A DNA stretch of 64,000 bases from a bacterium GBS-1. GTDB taxonomy: Bacteria > Synergistota > GBS-1. The stretch is from positions 64,809 to 128,808 of the forward strand of contig LEKQ01000005.1 of assembly GCA_001443005.1 (NCBI GenBank). The letters run 5' to 3'. Below are positions 58,692 through 64,000 of this stretch, in pieces. Within the stretch, counting starts at the first letter, position 1; every line of letters starts with the position of its first letter. Under the pieces are notes generated by a model. The model saw nothing but the letters and a program-made list of their open reading frames with translations, was not told the origin of the DNA and did not search any database. A program made the translations under genes and the position numbers.

Positions 58692-60758
58692 TTGGCAGAG
58701 ATAAGAGGAACTACGAGCTATCCTTGGTTAAAGCATAGCGATATCTTAGTTGCCATAGCTTTAGTTATGGCAGTCATACTTATGATAATTCCTGTTCCTA
58801 CAGCTTTACTTGACTTTCTCCTTGCCTTTAACATAACCTTCGCCATTTTGGTTCTACTTGCAACCTTTTACATAAGGCGCCCTTTAGATTTCTCCGTCTT
58901 CCCATCTTTGCTTCTTTTCACTACCCTGTTCAGATTAGGTTTGAACGTTTCAACGACGCGTTGGATTCTCCTTCAGGGGTATGCTGGAAGGATCATATTA
59001 GCCTTCGGCAACTTCGTTGTGGGAGGAAACTATGTAGTTGGAGCGGTTATATTTCTCATACTTTTCATTATTCAATTCATCGTCATAACGCGCGGTGCTG
59101 AAAGGGTTGCAGAAGTTGCAGCTCGCTTTACCCTCGATGCCATGCCTGGCAAGCAGATGAGCATAGATGCTGACCTTAACGCTGGGCTTATAGATGAGAA
59201 GGAAGCGAGAAGAAGAAGGGAGGAGATTCAGAGGGAGGCTGACTTTTATGGCGCTATGGATGGTGCTAGCAAGTTCGTGAAGGGAGATGCCATAGCTGGC
59301 GTTTTCATAACTTTGGTTAACATTATTGGAGGGCTTATAATCGGCGTTCTTCAGAGAGGGCTTCCCTTGGGCGAAGCTTTACGCACATATACGCTCTTGA
59401 CGGTCGGAGATGGACTTGTGGCTCAAATCCCCGCTTTGGTTATCTCCACTGCCACTGCTGTTATAGTCAGCAGAGCTGCTGCAGAGCATGATCTTGGAGT
59501 GGAGTTGCTGAAGCAGGTGACCTATCACCCTCGCCCCCTAATGATAGGAGCCTCTATTTTAGCCCTGTTTTCTGTGGTTCCAGGTCTTCCAACGATTCCC
59601 TTCTTAACCCTGGCCCTAATCGTGGGGAGCATGGCCTACATAATGAGAAGGGAGGCTAAGGTGGAAAGGGTTAGGAGAATAGAGGAGGAGAAGAAGAAAG
59701 AGGAAGAGGAGATAAGAAAGCCAGAAAGCGTCATCTCCCTTCTTCAAGTGGACCCAATGGAGATAGAGATAGGGTATTCTCTGATACCCCTTGTTGATCC
59801 TAAGCAGGGAGGAGATGTTTTGGATAGGATAACGATGATAAGAAGACAGATAGCCTTGGAGCTTGGCCTGGTGGTTCCACCCATAAGGATCAGGGATAAT
59901 ATGCAGCTTAAGCCGAGCGAGTACGTTATAAAGATAAGGGGGGTTGAAGTTGGAAGAGGGGAGCTTATGGTGGACTACTATCTCGCTATGAATCCCGGGA
60001 CAGCTAAGGAGAAGATAGAAGGTATAGAGACGAGAGAACCCGCTTTCGGTTTACCTGCTATATGGATACCGCCTGAGTTGAGGGAGAGGGCTGAGTGGCT
60101 CGGCTACACCGTGGTTGATCCGCCGGCGGTGCTTGCCACCCATCTTACGGAAGTGATAAAGAGGCATGCTTCTGAGCTTTTAACGCGCCAAGAGGTCCAA
60201 GGGTTAATAGATCTCGTTAAGGGGCAGCATCCTGCGCTTATAGAGGAGCTTATGCGGGTAATGAGCCTTGGTGAGATTCAGAAGGTCCTTCAGGGACTTC
60301 TTAAGGAGGGCGTTCCCATAAGGGATTTGGTTACCATATTTGAGACGCTTGCCGATTATGGTAGACTCACTAAAGATATCGATATCTTAATAGAGTACGT
60401 TAGGCAGGCTTTAGCTCGGCAGATATCCAAGATGTATCAGACGCCTGAGGGCTTTATCCCTGTTGTGACTTTATCTCCTGATCTTGAGGAGCTGCTTAAA
60501 TCTTCAGTTCAGCGGACGGAAACCAGCGTTACGATAGTCCTTGACCCTAAGAAAATTAGGGAGATAGTTGAGAAGGTGGCTAGGGAGATAGAGAAGCTTG
60601 CGTCCTTTGGATATCAACCTGTGATACTCTGTCACCCCTCCGTTAGACCTTATGTGCGTAAAATATTGGAGGGAGTATTGCCTCAGGTTGCTGTTATTTC
60701 CTATAATGAAATTGCTTCGGGTGTGGAGGTTAGGTCCTTAGGGATGGTGAGCTTGTAA
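58692..60758 (+). CDS. flhA: flagellar export apparatus protein FlhA
   Basis: 688 aa. FHIPEP family. Confidence 0.95.
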   Translation: MAEIRGTTSYPWLKHSDILVAIALVMAVILMIIPVPTALLDFLLAFNITFAILVLLATFYIRRPLDFSVFPSLLLFTTLFRLGLNVSTTRWILLQGYAGRIILAFGNFVVGGNYVVGAVIFLILFIIQFIVITRGAERVAEVAARFTLDAMPGKQMSIDADLNAGLIDEKEARRRREEIQREADFYGAMDGASKFVKGDAIAGVFITLVNIIGGLIIGVLQRGLPLGEALRTYTLLTVGDGLVAQIPALVISTATAVIVSRAAAEHDLGVELLKQVTYHPRPLMIGASILALFSVVPGLPTIPFLTLALIVGSMAYIMRREAKVERVRRIEEEKKKEEEEIRKPESVISLLQVDPMEIEIGYSLIPLVDPKQGGDVLDRITMIRRQIALELGLVVPPIRIRDNMQLKPSEYVIKIRGVEVGRGELMVDYYLAMNPGTAKEKIEGIETREPAFGLPAIWIPPELRERAEWLGYTVVDPPAVLATHLTEVIKRHASELLTRQEVQGLIDLVKGQHPALIEELMRVMSLGEIQKVLQGLLKEGVPIRDLVTIFETLADYGRLTKDIDILIEYVRQALARQISKMYQTPEGFIPVVTLSPDLEELLKSSVQRTETSVTIVLDPKKIREIVEKVAREIEKLASFGYQPVILCHPSVRPYVRKILEGVLPQVAVISYNEIASGVEVRSLGMVSL

Positions 60759-60759
60759 A

Positions 60760-61965
60760 TTGAAGGTGATAAAGAAAAGGGCCTTCGTTGCCGAAAGTGA
60801 AGCGGAGGCCATAAAGAAGGCGAAGGAGGAACTGGGAAGTGATATAGTGATTCTTGAGACCAGGCGTTTCAAGAAAGGGGGCTTTCTCGGTCTATTCGCT
60901 AAGAAATATGTTGAGGTTATAGTAGGGATTCCGGAGAAGAAAGAGAACGACGTTAAGTTGGAGATCCTAACCAAGCTTCTTTCAGAGAAGAGATCGGTAC
61001 AAGCCCAGCCTTCGCTTGAGGAGAGGAAGAGGGAGCTCTCTCAAAGTGATAGGATAGATGCCCTGGAGAGGGATATAAGGGAGGTAAAGGAGCTCATAGG
61101 GGCTTTTTTAGACAGGATAGGACAGATCGAGCTTTTAGATAGGGAGGAGAAGAGGTTTGGAGAAAGGGGGAGGCTTTATAGCTTTCTTCTGGAGCAGGAG
61201 ATAAAAGAGGGTTATGCGGATGATATATTAAGGGCTTTGGCGGATAGGGGGGTATCTTCCAAGGGGCTTTCCTGGAAGGACCTCAGGAAGGAGACCGCTA
61301 AGGTTATATCTGAGTTCATAAGGGTTTCTCCGATAAAGTTGAAGGATGTTGGGACTCAGGTGGTAGCCTTCGTTGGACCAACGGGCGTTGGGAAAACGAC
61401 GACCATAGCTAAGCTCGCGGCTATATTTGCTCTCTTTGAGGAGAGGAAGGTAGCCTTGGTTACTGCAGATACCTATAGGATAGCTGCAGTTGAGCAGCTT
61501 AAGACTTACGCTAAGATAATAGGAATTCCAATAGAGGTTGTTTTTACCCCTCAAGAGATAAGGAGAGCTATAGAAAGGCATCTTGATGCCGAGCTTATAC
61601 TCATAGATACTGCTGGCAGGAGTCACTATGATAATATGAAGATGTCTGAGCTCAAATCTTACATTGAGTCGAGCTCTCCCGATGAGGTTCACATAGTCCT
61701 GAGCCTTAACACCAAGTATAGAGATCTGGAGGAGATAATCAAGAGATTCGGGTGTATTCCCCTTCACAAGATGGTTTTGACTAAACTTGATGAAACCGCA
61801 ACCTTTGGTAATATACTAAATTTAGCGAGGGATTTTTCCATTCCCATATCTTACGTTACTAATGGTCAGGATGTGCCTAAGGATATAGAGGTGGCTGATC
61901 CTTCAAAGCTGGCAGAGGTAATTTTGAGACTAAGGGGTTGTAAGGGGGAGGTTATTGAGGGTTGA
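60760..61965 (+). CDS. flhF: flagellar biosynthesis GTPase FlhF
   Basis: SRP-like GTPase motifs [14 protein letters not shown] and DTAGR. Confidence 0.9.
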   Translation: MKVIKKRAFVAESEAEAIKKAKEELGSDIVILETRRFKKGGFLGLFAKKYVEVIVGIPEKKENDVKLEILTKLLSEKRSVQAQPSLEERKRELSQSDRIDALERDIREVKELIGAFLDRIGQIELLDREEKRFGERGRLYSFLLEQEIKEGYADDILRALADRGVSSKGLSWKDLRKETAKVISEFIRVSPIKLKDVGTQVVAFVGPTGVGKTTTIAKLAAIFALFEERKVALVTADTYRIAAVEQLKTYAKIIGIPIEVVFTPQEIRRAIERHLDAELILIDTAGRSHYDNMKMSELKSYIESSSPDEVHIVLSLNTKYRDLEEIIKRFGCIPLHKMVLTKLDETATFGNILNLARDFSIPISYVTNGQDVPKDIEVADPSKLAEVILRLRGCKGEVIEG

Positions 61966-62861
61966 TAAGAGATCAGGCAGAGGGGTTAAGGGAGCTGGTT
62001 AAAAGAAGCAAGGATTTTGCAGCTAAGGCTCGACCTGCCCGACTTGCGAGGATAATCTCCGTTACCAGTGGTAAGGGAGGGGTGGGTAAGACCAACGTCG
62101 TCGTTAACTTGGGCATAGGTTTGGCTAGAAGGGGAAGCAGGGTGTTGGTGATAGATGCGGATCTTGGGTTGGCGAACGTTGATATAGTTCTCGGCTTAAC
62201 CTCGCGCTATAACCTATATCACGTCATAAAGGGAGAGAAGAAGCTTCAAGAGATCATAGTGGATGGTCCAGAGGGGTTGAAGGTTATCGCTGGTGGTGCC
62301 GGAATAAGGGAGCTTGCTAACTTATCTAACTCTCAAAGAGTGCAGTTTATAGCCAGCATGAGCGAGCTTGATGATTATGCTGACATAATTCTCATAGATA
62401 CTAGCGCGGGCATATCTCAGAACGTTCTGGGGTTTGTTCTGGCTTCAGATGAGGCTATAGTGGTTACTACCCCTGAGCCTACGGCTATAAGGGATGCTTA
62501 TGGGATAATCAAGGCGATAGCTTTGGAAAACAAGGATGCTAAGATAAGGCTCATAGTTAACATGGCTGCAAACCCCCAGGAGGCTGAGGATGTCGCTTCC
62601 AGGATAGAGATGGTGGCAAGGCAGTTTCTCGATATAGGCTTAGATAAGCTGGGTTATATACTAAGAGATCCAGCTGTTCCGGAATCGGTCTTAAAGCAGA
62701 AGCCCTTTATGGTTGCCTATCCTACATCTAAGGCTTCTAAGTGTGTGGAGGTCATAGCTGATAGGCTCTTAGGTCTTAGTGAGGAGGATACCTTTAAACC
62801 TAAGGGCTTTAAGGGTTTTATATTTAAGTTTGTGAGTCTCTTTAAAAAGGGGGTAGCCTAA
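61962..62861 (+). CDS. flhG: flagellar number regulator FlhG (MinD-like ATPase, YlxH)
   Basis: Deviant Walker A SGKGGVGKT. Confidence 0.9.
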   Translation: MIRDQAEGLRELVKRSKDFAAKARPARLARIISVTSGKGGVGKTNVVVNLGIGLARRGSRVLVIDADLGLANVDIVLGLTSRYNLYHVIKGEKKLQEIIVDGPEGLKVIAGGAGIRELANLSNSQRVQFIASMSELDDYADIILIDTSAGISQNVLGFVLASDEAIVVTTPEPTAIRDAYGIIKAIALENKDAKIRLIVNMAANPQEAEDVASRIEMVARQFLDIGLDKLGYILRDPAVPESVLKQKPFMVAYPTSKASKCVEVIADRLLGLSEEDTFKPKGFKGFIFKFVSLFKKGVA

Positions 62862-62882
62862 ATCTTTCCTCCTTCCTTAAAG

Positions 62883-63506
62883 GTGAAGGTAGGGTCAAGA
62901 ATCTATTTTGAGATAGAGGGGGGGAGCTTTAGCGGGACCTTTCCCACGAGGATAGAAGATATAGATGAAAGTAAGGGGTTTTTAGCCGTGGCTCATCCTT
63001 TGTACAAGGGCGTTTTGGTCCCTATAAGAGGGGAGAGGTATTACATATGGATCACTACGGTTAGGGGGATATATAGATATCCTGTGGAGATATTGGGGGC
63101 AAAAGAGGATAAGGTAAGTTTACTTCTTCTTAAGATTATCGGTGGAGGAGAGCATCTTCAGCGCAGGCGATTCGTCAGAATGCCTATTAACCTTCCATTT
63201 ACTTATAGGTTGAAGGGGAAAGTTGGCCCCCCTAAGAAAGGGTATACGAAAGACTTGAGCGCTGGTGGGATTAAGGCGGTTTTCGAGGAGCCCCTTTTAG
63301 TTGGGCAGAGGGTCCTCGTAAGGATAGATCTGGAAGATGATCTTGGTCCTATGATTGTAGAGGGTAGGATCGTTAGGGTTGACGCTAGGGAGGGTGTTAT
63401 AGAGCACGGCGTGGAGTTTTTAAACCTTAGTGAAAGAGCCATAAGGAGGATAATGAGATTCATCTTTAAGAAGGAGAGGGAGCTCAGGGAAAAGGGGCTA
63501 ATATGA
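62883..63506 (+). CDS. YcgR-like PilZ-domain protein (putative c-di-GMP-responsive flagellar brake)
   Basis: N-terminal YcgR-N-like domain and PilZ motifs RRRFVRMP ... DLSAGGIK. Confidence 0.8.
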   Translation: MKVGSRIYFEIEGGSFSGTFPTRIEDIDESKGFLAVAHPLYKGVLVPIRGERYYIWITTVRGIYRYPVEILGAKEDKVSLLLLKIIGGGEHLQRRRFVRMPINLPFTYRLKGKVGPPKKGYTKDLSAGGIKAVFEEPLLVGQRVLVRIDLEDDLGPMIVEGRIVRVDAREGVIEHGVEFLNLSERAIRRIMRFIFKKERELREKGLI

Positions 63507-64000
63507 GTGAGCCTTTGTATGAGGGAGCTCGTATCGATTTGGAGCTCGAGGAGGGAAGATGGTATAGAGGTAGGGTTTTGAGGCCGACGCTTGATGGCAA
63601 TCTTATAGTTGTATTTGAGAGGGGTACGGATCTTCCTGAGATTCCTCTGGGGAAGAGGGTTAATGCTCTGTGGGTAAAGAGGGAAAAGCTGTTTGGAGGG
63701 GAGGTTGAGGTTAGAGGGAAGGGTGGAAAATTCGCGCCGTTCGTGGAGATTACCTCTCCCTTTGACCTTAAGCCCCTTGAGAGGAGGAGGCATAAAAGGG
63801 TAAAAGTTATGGTTCCGATAGAGTATAGAAAAGTTGACGGTGGGCTCTTTAAGGCCACGCGATCTCTGGATATAAGTGGAGGTGGTGTAAAGTTAATCGT
63901 GGATGAGGATTTAGCGGTCGGTGATGAGCTTGAGCTGCTTGTATACCTTCCTGAGAGCGACGTTATATCCGCTCTCGGTAGGGTGGTTAGGGTGGAGACC
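63503..64000 (+). CDS. second YcgR-like PilZ-domain protein (3' end runs past the window)
   Basis: Manual translation from the ATG at 63503 gives MSEPLYEGARIDLELEEGRWYRGRVL ... RRRHKRVKVMVPIEY ... DISGGGVKL (PilZ motifs). It is missing from the ORF track because no stop codon falls inside the window. Confidence 0.75.
   Translation, partial: MSEPLYEGARIDLELEEGRWYRGRVLRPTLDGNLIVVFERGTDLPEIPLGKRVNALWVKREKLFGGEVEVRGKGGKFAPFVEITSPFDLKPLERRRHKRVKVMVPIEYRKVDGGLFKATRSLDISGGGVKLIVDEDLAVGDELELLVYLPESDVISALGRVVRVET

Noticed and set aside
61228-61767. 179-aa minus-strand ORF inside flhF
   Set aside because: It is antisense to the conserved FlhF GTPase domain. Its composition-driven translation has no domain signal.
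63203-63858. Two minus-strand ORFs (196 and 124 aa) over the PilZ genes
   Set aside because: They are antisense to genes carrying clear PilZ motifs. The translations are low-complexity.
1-64000. Search for CRISPR arrays, tRNA/rRNA genes, integrases and transposases
   Set aside because: There are no regularly spaced direct repeats and no cloverleaf-like sequences. Intergenic regions are short (mostly under 120 nt). No recombinase or transposase motifs are present other than the chromosomal XerC.

Overview
This is a 64-kb chromosomal window from what appears to be a thermophilic Firmicute (Clostridia-like). That call is an inference. It rests on K/E-rich proteins, about 50% GC, and gene order that matches Bacillus subtilis closely. 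The matching order is rpsP-KH-rimM-trmD-rplS-lepB-rbgA(ylqF)-rnhB-ylqG-ylqH ... dprA-(topA missing)-trmFO-xerC-hslVU-codY, followed by the long fla/che flagellar operon (flgB through flhG), and the window ends in two PilZ proteins.

The first ~22 kb is metabolic and transport genes. In order: a stand-alone M15 peptidase, a TAXI-TRAP transporter with an FAD oxidoreductase, a minus-strand operon xpt-lipB-dctQMP-lipA, a MOFRL glycerate kinase, an orphan PstS, a split ChrA pair, the livKHMGF ABC system, threonine dehydratase, purKE and cysEK.

I found no rRNA, tRNA, CRISPR array, integrase or transposase.

The most interesting items are:
- A second, soluble FliK-like / FlhB-C-terminal-like gene pair (ylqG/ylqH) 17 kb upstream of the real fliK/flhB, translationally coupled to an HD-GYP c-di-GMP phosphodiesterase.
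- The real FlhB carries NPVM where the conserved NPTH autocleavage motif should be.
- A TrmD with a second C-terminal SPOUT-like domain.
- A 28%-GC segment encoding the DprA C-terminal domain, next to a 91-aa ORF sitting where topA is expected.
- A TRAP transporter embedded between lipB and lipA.
- Several perfect palindromes or hairpins in intergenic regions.
- Tandem YcgR-type PilZ brake proteins after flhG.

I do not see a single clearly novel multi-gene system such as a defence island in this window.
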